NCBI GenBank assembly: GCA_963664305.2 | Contig: CAXXLV010000002.1 | Location: 64,001-128,000, forward strand | Direction: 5' to 3' | Origin: an uncultured Aliarcobacter sp. | GTDB lineage: Bacteria; Campylobacterota; Campylobacteria; Campylobacterales; Arcobacteraceae | DNA length: 64,000 nt | Part shown: positions 22,000-30,886 of the stretch, piece by piece | How positions within the stretch are numbered: the stretch's first letter is position 1 | Layout of the letters: every line of letters starts with the position of its first letter | Program-made: the position numbers and the translations under genes | The notes under the pieces: model-generated | Database searches by the model: none | What the model was told of the DNA's origin: nothing | Seen by the model: only the letters and a program-made list of their open reading frames with translations

Positions 22000-22471
22000 A
22001 TTTATTTTGATTATCTTTTATCAAAGTTCTAAATTCTGTATTATTTTCTAACTTATTATAAACCTGTTGTTTTGACAAACCCATATTTTTTAGAATAATT
22101 ATTTTCTCTTCTATTGTTCCATAATTATATTTGTATTTTTGTTCTTCTGTTTGAAAAGCTGATTTTTGTTGAATGGTCACTTTTTCATTTATCGGTTGAC
22201 TATTCTTAGTGAATTCTGTATATAATGCATGTGATGCCACTATTAAAAACGCTCCTAAAAAAAAGTATTTATCTAAAAACTTTTGTAAAAAAATTTTTAA
22301 AATGAAAGATAAAAATATAAAAGTTAAGATATATATAAAAATTAATAAATATACATTATTTATAGCTATATTATCATAACTAATCAATGTTATTAAGGAA
22401 AAACTAAAACCTAAAAATATTGAGAATATACCCTTAAAAAAATCATTAATTTCATTCCAATTAATTTTCAT
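21971..22471 (-). CDS. Putative immunity membrane protein (paralogue of 14115-14609)
   Basis: About 3 TM segments plus shared C-terminal domain; overlaps the stop of 22461-25004. Confidence 0.65.
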   Translation of the reverse strand: MKINWNEINDFFKGIFSIFLGFSFSLITLISYDNIAINNVYLLIFIYILTFIFLSFILKIFLQKFLDKYFFLGAFLIVASHALYTEFTKNSQPINEKVTIQQKSAFQTEEQKYKYNYGTIEEKIIILKNMGLSKQQVYNKLENNTEFRTLIKDNQNKFDEIFQKEN

Positions 22472-25004
22472 TAGTATTTCCTTCAGGTAAGTTGTCTTGT
22501 ATTATTTCTTTCACTATTTCCTTTGGTTCAGTATTTAAAATTGTTTTAGTAACCTCAGGTATCAAAAGAATTTTTGTTTTATCAATAATTTGATTATCAA
22601 TTTTTTCTACTCTATTATTAAGTTTATTTTGCAAAGTAGGGCTTGTTGCTTTATCTAATTGATTTTGTACTGTATTCCTAGCTTTAACTCGGTCAATAAC
22701 ATTATTTACATTAGTTGATGTTTTTGTACCTGTTGAACCAATTCCCACAGATACAGCGGTTTGAGTCCAATCAATATTATCTACAATTTTTTTAATAGCC
22801 TCCGCTGGATTAGCTAGTAATTCTTGTCTTATTTGTTCATTATTAACCAATTGTGTAACAGTTTGGTTAAGTAAATCAGAACTAGCCGTAAATCCTGCAT
22901 TTTTAAGTGATAATTCCATACTCTTTTTAGTAATAGCTTCAGCAATATTTTTTACTACTTCTCTTCCACCTAAAGCAAGTTCACTAGCTTTTAAAGATAA
23001 TATCATATTATCCACTAACTTATTTGCGTCATCAACTTGTTGTTTTTGAGAAACATATATATTATCAAATTCTTCTTGACTTAATCCTCTTAAAGTACCA
23101 TCATTTATTACTTGTTTTAAAATTTCACTTTCTGTATTTCCTGTTTCTATCAATGCTTTTATTCTATCTTTTGCATTATCTGATTGTAAATCTTTTGTTC
23201 TATCCATATCTTGAAGCGTCCAGTAACTTTCGTCATCAATTCTTCCTTCACCACTATTTACCTTACTTGCATCTTGAAGATACAAACTTGTATTTGCTTT
23301 TAATGTATTTAAATCTTGATTTGTTACAACAATTTTATTCAATATAGGATTACTATTTAATTGAACATTATTATACACGTAAGAAGAAAAATCTAATCCA
23401 CTTGCTGAGTAATTACCAAATATATTCGCATATTCTTCTTGTAATTGTGTTGTATCTCTTAAGTAAGTTTCTCCTTGATTTTGTCTTACATGAGCTACTT
23501 CATGTCCTAGAGTGTTTGCAGAACTTAAAGCATTTTGATTTAAAATCTTATCTAAATATATATTTGAACTAGTACTATCTGCATTTGTATACGTTGAACC
23601 ATATTTTCCTAATAAAGCAACTTTTGCTGTTTCAATATTTATTCCATAAATATCTGCATAAATTTGAGCATAATCATTTACTGCATTGTCTATTTGTTCT
23701 TGAGAATAATTTTGTTGATTTTCCAAGATATTTATTGTTTGTCCATTATCTTTTAATGCTAGTGCTTTTTGTACATCTAAATCTTTTTGTACATCACCTA
23801 TATGATCAAATGTATCAGTAATTTTAAATGCATCAGAGGTTGCAACATCACCTATAGCTTGACCTAATCTTTTTGTTCTTTCTAAATCTTCTTTTATTTG
23901 CTTTCTACCATCTTCAGTTAAAAGTCTAGTATCTAATGTTGCATCTACTTTCGTTCCTGTTGAGCTTGAGTATAAATCTTTATTTATATTTTGTGTATCT
24001 GTATTTAATTTTGTTAAATCATCACTATTCTCTTTATCTTTTATAGTTATATTCCCTTGACCTAATGTTGCTAATGTTTTACTTACATTTACATCTAATC
24101 CTGTTGATGAGTTATATCCTACTGAAGATATTCCACCTTGTTGTGGTTCTTCTTTTTGATTTACTATTTTTGTACTACTTAAATTATAATTTAGATTTAA
24201 ACCTAAACTTTGATTTGAAGAGAAAGAAGAGTTTGACAAGTTTGAAAAAGTTAAAGTATTTGTTGATAAATTTAGATTTTTATTATCTACAAAGTTTTCA
24301 TTCTCATTATAATTTCCACTTGCTAACAAAGAACCTTTTAGATTAGTATTTTCACCAACATTTACATTTAGATTATTTGCAGTAACTGAACTCAACACTG
24401 TTTGTTTTGTTTGTGTTACTCCATTATTTACACTAAATCCTCCATTTACAGAACTTACTTTTCCTACATCTAAACTTGGTGTTCTATTTGCTGCTGCTCC
24501 TGCACTTCCAAATCCTAGTCCTGCATTTACATTAAATCCTTTTGAATTTGAAGAATATTCATCTCTTAGGGATTCTATATTTAAATTATTTCCTACATTT
24601 AAATTTAATGTATCATTTGCTCTTACATTTGCACCTACAAAGTTTGCATCATTTGAAACATTTATATTCATATTATTTGCTAATAATTGTGAGTTGTTAT
24701 TTATTATAGTATCACTTGAAGAATTACTTTTTCCATAACCCAACCCAGCGGTTCCACCACCACCTCCATACATTGTAAATGCTATACTTCCATTTATATT
24801 TTCACTATCATTTGTATTTGAGTAATTATCTTGACTTGCTTTTACATTTAAGTTATTTGTATTTATATATAAATTCTCATCTGCAACAACATTTGAACCT
24901 ACTATATTTGTATTTGTACTTAATTTTTCATCTGTATTTATATAAATATTTTTTGCATTTAGGTTTGACAATAGATTTTTATTTACTATTAGGTTTACAC
25001 TCAA
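22461..25004 (-). CDS. 5'-truncated haemagglutinin-repeat exoprotein (CdiA/TpsA-like C-terminal portion)
   Basis: Asn/Ser/Gly-rich beta-helix-like repeats (LNVNVGENTNLKGSLLASG), HEVAH motif, variable tip; no signal peptide or TPS domain seen. Confidence 0.82.
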   Translation of the reverse strand: MSVNLIVNKNLLSNLNAKNIYINTDEKLSTNTNIVGSNVVADENLYINTNNLNVKASQDNYSNTNDSENINGSIAFTMYGGGGGTAGLGYGKSNSSSDTIINNNSQLLANNMNINVSNDANFVGANVRANDTLNLNVGNNLNIESLRDEYSSNSKGFNVNAGLGFGSAGAAANRTPSLDVGKVSSVNGGFSVNNGVTQTKQTVLSSVTANNLNVNVGENTNLKGSLLASGNYNENENFVDNKNLNLSTNTLTFSNLSNSSFSSNQSLGLNLNYNLSSTKIVNQKEEPQQGGISSVGYNSSTGLDVNVSKTLATLGQGNITIKDKENSDDLTKLNTDTQNINKDLYSSSTGTKVDATLDTRLLTEDGRKQIKEDLERTKRLGQAIGDVATSDAFKITDTFDHIGDVQKDLDVQKALALKDNGQTINILENQQNYSQEQIDNAVNDYAQIYADIYGINIETAKVALLGKYGSTYTNADSTSSNIYLDKILNQNALSSANTLGHEVAHVRQNQGETYLRDTTQLQEEYANIFGNYSASGLDFSSYVYNNVQLNSNPILNKIVVTNQDLNTLKANTSLYLQDASKVNSGEGRIDDESYWTLQDMDRTKDLQSDNAKDRIKALIETGNTESEILKQVINDGTLRGLSQEEFDNIYVSQKQQVDDANKLVDNMILSLKASELALGGREVVKNIAEAITKKSMELSLKNAGFTASSDLLNQTVTQLVNNEQIRQELLANPAEAIKKIVDNIDWTQTAVSVGIGSTGTKTSTNVNNVIDRVKARNTVQNQLDKATSPTLQNKLNNRVEKIDNQIIDKTKILLIPEVTKTILNTEPKEIVKEIIQDNLPEGNTNEN

Positions 25005-25033
25005 TTTTTACCTCTACTTCTTGCTTTCATATG

Positions 25034-25059
25034 CGTTCCCAACGGGGACGTTGGGAACG
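25034..25059. repeat. GC-rich perfect hairpin, REP-like
   Basis: cgttcccaacg-ggga-cgttgggaacg: 11-bp stem, 4-nt loop. Confidence 0.75.
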
Positions 25060-25061
25060 AA

Positions 25062-25222
25062 AAAAAGTTTCCATTCTCATCATAGTTTCCACTTGCTATT
25101 ACTGAGCCTTTTAGGTGTGTATTATTTTCTACATTTACATTTATATCTTAGGCTTTGATATTTGCACCTTCTATTTTTCCATCATTAGATATATTTAGGT
25201 TTAATTTTTCTGATTGAACCAT
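25062..25222 (-). pseudogene. Divergent haemagglutinin-repeat fragment
   Basis: MVQSEKLNLNISNDGKIEGANIKA*DINVNVENNTHLKGSVIASGNYDENGNF, homologous to the stalk. Confidence 0.65.
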
Positions 25223-25244
25223 ATAGACCTATATTCCTTTTGTA

Positions 25245-25436
25245 TTATCTATGTTTTTCATAAAGTTCCGAAAGTGGTATTTGTTTTGTAGGTGAAGAAG
25301 AATCATAATAATACCCTTTTTGAGGAGTGAAATTTTCATTACCACAACCAATAATACAAGAATAATATTGTGGTTCAGATTCAACACAACCACTAAATAT
25401 TATTACTGTTAATAAAATTAATATTAAATTTTTCAT
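25245..25436 (-). CDS. Small lipoprotein
   Basis: Lipobox IFSGC after a hydrophobic signal. Confidence 0.6.
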   Translation of the reverse strand: MKNLILILLTVIIFSGCVESEPQYYSCIIGCGNENFTPQKGYYYDSSSPTKQIPLSELYEKHR

Positions 25437-25445
25437 ATTTTAAAT

Positions 25446-26147
25446 TTATTCATCCCAACCATCTTTTATATACAAACTATCAAGCATTCTTTTTGCTCTT
25501 TCTTGCAAGTCTTCATAAGTATAATCTTTTATTAAATCTAATGTCTCTTTGGGATAATCTATAGATTTGCTGTAAGTGAAAGTAATTACAACACCTTTAG
25601 CCATTGCTCTTTTTTTATTAAACTTATGACAATCATAAGTTTTAGATATTTCATTTTTTCTATTATCTTTTGTTTCTTTTACAATACAAATATAATTTTC
25701 TTTACCTTGTGTTTCATAATGAACATTAATATTTCCTTCTATATCATATTTTTTATTTATTCTATTTTTCATATTAGCTTTAAGATATGATTCATCTTTA
25801 TACTCTACTGCTCTCTCTTTATATTTATAAATAAATGTTGATACATAAATATGATATAAAATACCATGATTATCTAGATATACTCCCATATTTTTATTAT
25901 AAGAAGTTACACCTTCCCAACCATTCATTAAAGTAAAATCTTCCTCTTTTGCACTTGGCAAAGCAATAGTATAATCTGGCATATCAAACACATAATCTCT
26001 CATTGTCTCTACATTTGCTATTTTAAAATTACTTGGTGGTTTATTTCCACTTGAAGCTACAAATAGATTTTCTACAGTATTCTCTAAACTTTTTGGTGAA
26101 CATCCATTTAAGATAAAAACTATCATAAATAAAAAAATATATTTCAT
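25446..26147 (-). CDS. Lipoprotein, putative effector-immunity paralogue
   Basis: Lipobox LNGC; C-terminus YTYEDLQERAKRMLDSLYIKDGWDE shared with the upstream paralogue. Confidence 0.75.
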   Translation of the reverse strand: MKYIFLFMIVFILNGCSPKSLENTVENLFVASSGNKPPSNFKIANVETMRDYVFDMPDYTIALPSAKEEDFTLMNGWEGVTSYNKNMGVYLDNHGILYHIYVSTFIYKYKERAVEYKDESYLKANMKNRINKKYDIEGNINVHYETQGKENYICIVKETKDNRKNEISKTYDCHKFNKKRAMAKGVVITFTYSKSIDYPKETLDLIKDYTYEDLQERAKRMLDSLYIKDGWDE

Positions 26148-26823
26148 TATTCATCCCAACCATCTTTTATATACAAACTATCAAGCATTCTTTTTGCTCT
26201 TTCTTGCAAGTCTTCGTAAGTATATTCTTTTGCTATATTTGGATTATTTGATCTATTATATGTTAAATTAATCCCAACAATTTTTGCCTTTGTTCGTGTA
26301 GTGTTAAACGTATAACATCCAAATGAAATTTTTTCCTTATTTTGATAAATATCTCTATTTGTTACTCCTTCCTTAACCTCACAAATATAATTTTCTTTGC
26401 CATGTCTTTGCAGTGATATATTCTTATTTGGGTAATATTTATGATAACGATTGTTTAAATATACTAAGTCTTCATTTTCAACAGCCCTCTCTCTTCATAT
26501 TTATAAATAGATGATGTTACATGTATATGATAAACAATGGAATCTTTTAAGCCTAATACGATGGTCTTTCCATCTCTCATACTCATACCATCCCATCCTC
26601 CCATCTTTGTAAAATCAGATTCCTTTGCCAATGGCAAAGAAAAAGAGAAATCTTTTGTATTAAAAACATAATCTTTCATAGTTTGAAGATTAGCTACTCT
26701 AAAAGATTGAGGAGGTTCATTACCACTTAATGAAATCATCATGTTTTCTACAGTATTATCTAAATTTTTTGGAGAGCAACCATTAAAAGTAAAAACTAGT
26801 ATAAATAAAATTATATATCTCAT
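26147..26823 (-). pseudogene. Paralogous lipoprotein frameshifted at a (GA)4 repeat
   Basis: Lipobox FNGC; removing one GA unit at 26487-26494 gives YEERAVENED... open to IKDGWDE*, with a TAATG overlap at 26147. Confidence 0.8.
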
Positions 26824-27013
26824 CTTTACTCTTTTGTCGTATCTAAAACAGTTTGTTTATTTTGCTGTGTAGATTCAGGTAATAAATTCATATTGATAGT
26901 TATTTGACCTTTTTCATTAGTGAAATTATTTTTATAATACTCAATTCTTGAATGTTGTCAAACGAAGTGTAAAAATAGGCAATTAAATTTTTAAAAAAGT
27001 TACCTTCTGAAAC

Positions 27014-27274
27014 TTAAACCACCTCAGTTTTTTCTACCATTTTGATTGAAGATTTTGCTCCAAATTTATAAATATCTGAATTTAAGATTCCCTGATTTTT
27101 TATATCTTTACTAACTTCAATAAGTTTCATTTCATAAACTTTATTTTCTTCTATTCTTTCATTTTTCTTTTGCTCTTCAAAATCTTTAATATTTTTATTT
27201 ATAACATTTGTTGCTATATCTGCATATGAAAAATTTAAAATAGTAAGTAACAATAATAAATATTTCTTTTTCAT
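27014..27274 (-). CDS. Signal-peptide ORF, possibly a truncated TpsB/ShlB-type N-terminus
   Basis: Sec signal ending SYA followed by a charged helix; position at the head of the cassette locus; family is a guess. Confidence 0.35.
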   Translation of the reverse strand: MKKKYLLLLLTILNFSYADIATNVINKNIKDFEEQKKNERIEENKVYEMKLIEVSKDIKNQGILNSDIYKFGAKSSIKMVEKTEVV

Positions 27275-27590
27275 TATTTCTCTTGTTTTACTTTAGATGA
27301 AATTGTAAAGAAAAGTCGTCACATATCGTGTCACAATTATTATTTTTTTATAAAATAATTAAATTTGATTTTAAATCATTAGTTTATTATTAAAAATATC
27401 TTAATTTTACTATACAAGCTTTTAGAATAAGTAAGTATCAAATGAGACCTAAATAAAAGAAAGATCATTATTAATCTTATGCATTTTTCAATCTATTATA
27501 AATATATACGAAAATTTCTTATACATTTTTCATTTATTAAACGAAAAACTTGTTTTTTTATTATCGCATAAAATATTGATTTTTTAGAAT

Positions 27591-27694
27591 ATTAAATATT
27601 TATAGTACCGAAAAACAGATGTTTTAAATAATTTCTTTTATGAATGATAAAATAAGAGTAAATTTAATACATTTAAATATTTGAAATAGCGTAT
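27591..27694 (+). repeat. 104-bp inverted repeat, left copy
   Basis: Ungapped match to the reverse complement of 30615-30718, 13 mismatches by hand count. Confidence 0.88.
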
Positions 27695-27699
27695 TTATT

Positions 27700-28134
27700 T
27701 TAATTTTCTTCAACAATTATACAATTTGTTTTATAGTAATTCATATCTTCAATTAAAATATCAAATATATCATAAATATTTTTCATTCTTATATTTACAT
27801 AAAAATTTGATAAATTATCTGCATTATGGTTTAAATTTGGTTTGTTATTTGGTACATTACATATATTTTCTTCAAAGCTCCATATCGCATCTTTTATAGA
27901 CAACTTTGAAAGCTCATTTTTTATAGTTTTTAACTCATTTTTAAATTTTTCTAAATCTTCAAACTTTACACCATTTTTTTCATCATAATACAAATTATTC
28001 ATTACTATTGGAAATCTACTCCCCCATTTACTATTTTCCAATCTATAACAGATAGTTGAAAACCAAGAATATAATGTTTCAGAATAACCAAATTCCATCC
28101 AATCCGAATATATTTTAAACCCTACATTTTTCAT
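27700..28134 (-). CDS. Imm70-like immunity protein
   Basis: VGFKI...LYSWFSTICYRLENSKWGSRFPIVMNNLY resembles the Imm70 signature. Confidence 0.7.
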   Translation of the reverse strand: MKNVGFKIYSDWMEFGYSETLYSWFSTICYRLENSKWGSRFPIVMNNLYYDEKNGVKFEDLEKFKNELKTIKNELSKLSIKDAIWSFEENICNVPNNKPNLNHNADNLSNFYVNIRMKNIYDIFDILIEDMNYYKTNCIIVEEN

Positions 28135-28367
28135 TTATTTATCCTAATATTTGTCATACGAACAACATATTTTATTTGACAAAGCTCCAAAATAAAATAT
28201 TTTCTTATAATTTTGATGCCAATTTTTAAACTTCGTTTAACAACTGTATTTAAAATATCTGCTGTAGAACAAAACTTATCAATATAATTAGAAATCTCTA
28301 TATATTTATCATACTCTTCTTTACTACAAAAAGCTTTTGTACCAATTTGATATTCTTGTGTATCCAT
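28131..28367 (-). CDS. Hypothetical protein (possible toxin remnant)
   Basis: 78 aa; ATGA overlap with the Imm70-like gene. Confidence 0.35.
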   Translation of the reverse strand: MDTQEYQIGTKAFCSKEEYDKYIEISNYIDKFCSTADILNTVVKRSLKIGIKIIRKYFILELCQIKYVVRMTNIRINK

Positions 28368-28370
28368 GTT

Positions 28371-29405
28371 TTAGTCTTTTAATTTATTTTTAAAATTATT
28401 TAACTCTTCTTCATATCTCTGTTTTATTTTTGGATGAAAATACTCTAATATTTCTTTTGGTTCTTTTTCTAAATTTTTGCATTCTTGTAACATTAAAGTT
28501 AATTGATAAAGCCAAATACTCTTTTCAAATACATTTACTATATAATCATCTAGCATTTGTTTTTCTTTTGTTTTTAAGTTTTTTAGTTCTTTTATTTTTG
28601 TTAGTAATAATTTATATTTTTCATCATTACAATATATTTGTCTTTTTTGAAGATATTCTTTATATGTAATAAATTTTAAAAAAAATAAAATTTCGTCATG
28701 AAGTGCTACAAGATTATTTTTATCTTGTTTATTTGCCAAAGGTAAGTATTTATCTCTAAATTGCTTATAATAAATATATATCTCATTTAAATCTTGTGTA
28801 TACCTATTTGAAACAAAAAATTCTTTGCTTAATAAACCTACTGTTTTATCATATTCATTTACTAAATCACTCATGAATTCAAATTTATAGTTTGTTACTC
28901 TTGGTACATCATAATTAAAATCATTTATTGCTAATCTTTTTATTTTATCAACTATTTCTTCATAATGTTTTTTATATTCTTCTTTTGTTAAAGTTGTTTT
29001 ATATGCCATTGACATATCATAATCATCTGGTATTTCTCCTATTCCATATATCCCTCTATAAAGTATCACATACCAATATACATCTTCTGCTGATGTTTCT
29101 GGAAGCAATGATTTTCCTTTTTCATACTCTTCATTCATCTTAGTTAATAATGGTCTCATCAAAAAATTATCATAATCTACAAAATTATGTATATGTGAAA
29201 TGTAATTTCTATATTCCATTGCTTTTATAAAATGTTCTGTTGCTTGTGGATTTGGAGATTTATCTAAGGGAAATTCATTTTTTGAGATTAAAGTTACATT
29301 TACTACATATTGAAAAGCATAACTAAGAGGAATTGACAATACTAAAATTAACATTACATATCTAAATTTTAATTTTTTAAATAATTCTCTAAACAAAAAA
29401 TTCAC
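28371..29405 (-). CDS. Hypothetical membrane-anchored helical protein
   Basis: 344 aa, single N-terminal TM segment, RBS aagga before a GTG start. Confidence 0.65.
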   Translation of the reverse strand: MNFLFRELFKKLKFRYVMLILVLSIPLSYAFQYVVNVTLISKNEFPLDKSPNPQATEHFIKAMEYRNYISHIHNFVDYDNFLMRPLLTKMNEEYEKGKSLLPETSAEDVYWYVILYRGIYGIGEIPDDYDMSMAYKTTLTKEEYKKHYEEIVDKIKRLAINDFNYDVPRVTNYKFEFMSDLVNEYDKTVGLLSKEFFVSNRYTQDLNEIYIYYKQFRDKYLPLANKQDKNNLVALHDEILFFLKFITYKEYLQKRQIYCNDEKYKLLLTKIKELKNLKTKEKQMLDDYIVNVFEKSIWLYQLTLMLQECKNLEKEPKEILEYFHPKIKQRYEEELNNFKNKLKD

Positions 29406-29638
29406 TTATTTCCTTTTAATTCAACTATGAATTTAAGATGAAATAATATTATCAAATAAAAAACTCACAAATTACTCTTTTTATAATTCAGAAATTAAAT
29501 TATAATTTTTTATTTAAAATTAATCTTATGTATTTTCAATCATTTATAAATATATACGAAAACTTGATATGATTTATCAACACTAAATAGGACAAAAAAT
29601 AAGTTATCAAAATGCTTGTTTCACAACCTGTAGATTGA

Positions 29639-29685
29639 GGAAGAAGCTGTTCAAAATTTTATGTTATATTTAGGGGAACCAGAAT
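29639..29685 (+). repeat. 47-bp motif, copy 2 of 3
   Basis: ggaagaagctgttcaaaattttatgt...ccagaat. Confidence 0.55.
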
Positions 29686-29792
29686 ATTCATATCAGTTAG
29701 TATTTTTTACACTTCCAACAAATTTAAAATCATTTTTTATAAAAAATTTATAATTCATTATCAGTTTAAAGTATCTTTTGTCTTTTTTAGTA

Positions 29793-30356
29793 TTATCTTT
29801 TCCTGGTAATATATTTAGCATGCTGATTAAAAGATTTTAATAATTTTATATCTTTTTGTTTTAGTATATATGGTTTAAGTCTATCAATACCAAAATATTT
29901 AATAAGTAACATTAATCTTTTTTCATCCCAATTAAAAAGTATAATACTGATAAAATTTGGAATCTCATAAACATGACCATTTTCTACACTATAAAATAGT
30001 TCATTACCAAATACTTCTTTATCTAAAATTATTTGTTTTTGTTTTGTTTGTATAATCGGTTTTAGATATATATTCTCATTATTGGCATTTTTATTATTTG
30101 AAGTTCTTTTTTTTTGTTCATTAAATTCAAATCCATCTAAAAATTCTAAAAATTGGTCTTCTTTTTTTAATTTTATTAAAATTTGAACAAAATTCTCAAA
30201 TGAAATTTTTCCTGTTTGTTCAAAACTTTTATAAGTAGCATATTTAATTTCTATAAAATCTGAGAACTCTTCTTGCGTTAAATCTAAAGCAATTCGTTCT
30301 GCTCGTATTTTCTTACTTGCTAATTTTAAAATTTTAAGTGTAGTATTTAAAATCAT
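29793..30356 (-). CDS. XRE-family HTH protein with C-terminal extension
   Basis: KIRAERIALDLTQEEFS...YATYKSFEQTGKISFENF. Confidence 0.8.
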   Translation of the reverse strand: MILNTTLKILKLASKKIRAERIALDLTQEEFSDFIEIKYATYKSFEQTGKISFENFVQILIKLKKEDQFLEFLDGFEFNEQKKRTSNNKNANNENIYLKPIIQTKQKQIILDKEVFGNELFYSVENGHVYEIPNFISIILFNWDEKRLMLLIKYFGIDRLKPYILKQKDIKLLKSFNQHAKYITRKR

Positions 30357-30614
30357 ATTTAAAACCTTATTTTTTTATTATAATTGCTATTACTATGTCA
30401 ATTATATATTAAATATATTATTTTATTTATTTAATTGATATTATTTTATCAATTATAATTAATTCATAAGTTAAATATTTTATTTCCATTAATAATATGT
30501 ATATATTTATATATTTAAGTATTATCATTTTAATAATTGGGCTACACTAAATTATACTCAGAAATAAATATTTCTCTTAAATGAACTATATAATTGGTAA
30601 AAATTAATAAAAAG

Positions 30615-30718
30615 ATATGCTATCTCAAATATTTAAATATATGAGAATTACTTTTCTTTTATCATTCATAAAAGAAATTATTTTTAACATCTGTTTTTCA
30701 GCACTGTAAATATTTAAT
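30615..30718 (-). repeat. 104-bp inverted repeat, right copy
   Basis: See 27591-27694. Confidence 0.88.
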
Positions 30719-30886
30719 CTGATTACATTAAGTAGGACATAAAAAAATGATGGACAAATTGGTACAAATATGAGTTTAATATACGAAAGTTTAATAAACT
30801 GTTCTTTTGGGAGAATGTTCAAAAATTCAACTCTTTTTGAGAAAAACTTTTTGTTAGCAAAAATTGCTCAAAAAGTAAGAATTTAG

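Noticed and set aside
17178..24346. Three identical 93-aa plus-strand ORFs (17178, 21369, 24065) and other L/Y/H-rich antisense ORFs
   Set aside because: Shadow frames of the repeated minus-strand stalk; no independent coding evidence.
14026..25004. Repeats considered as a CRISPR array or a diversity-generating retroelement
   Set aside because: Repeats are hundreds of bp and coding; no short repeat-spacer period, no cas or reverse transcriptase gene, and no adenine-specific mismatch pattern noticed.
27318..27335. gtcaca direct repeat upstream of 27274 as a regulator box
   Set aside because: Only two 6-mers at 12-bp spacing; cannot be assigned to a regulator.
30625..30822. 65-aa minus-strand ORF
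   Set aside because: Overlaps the non-coding 104-bp repeat; no recognisable protein features.
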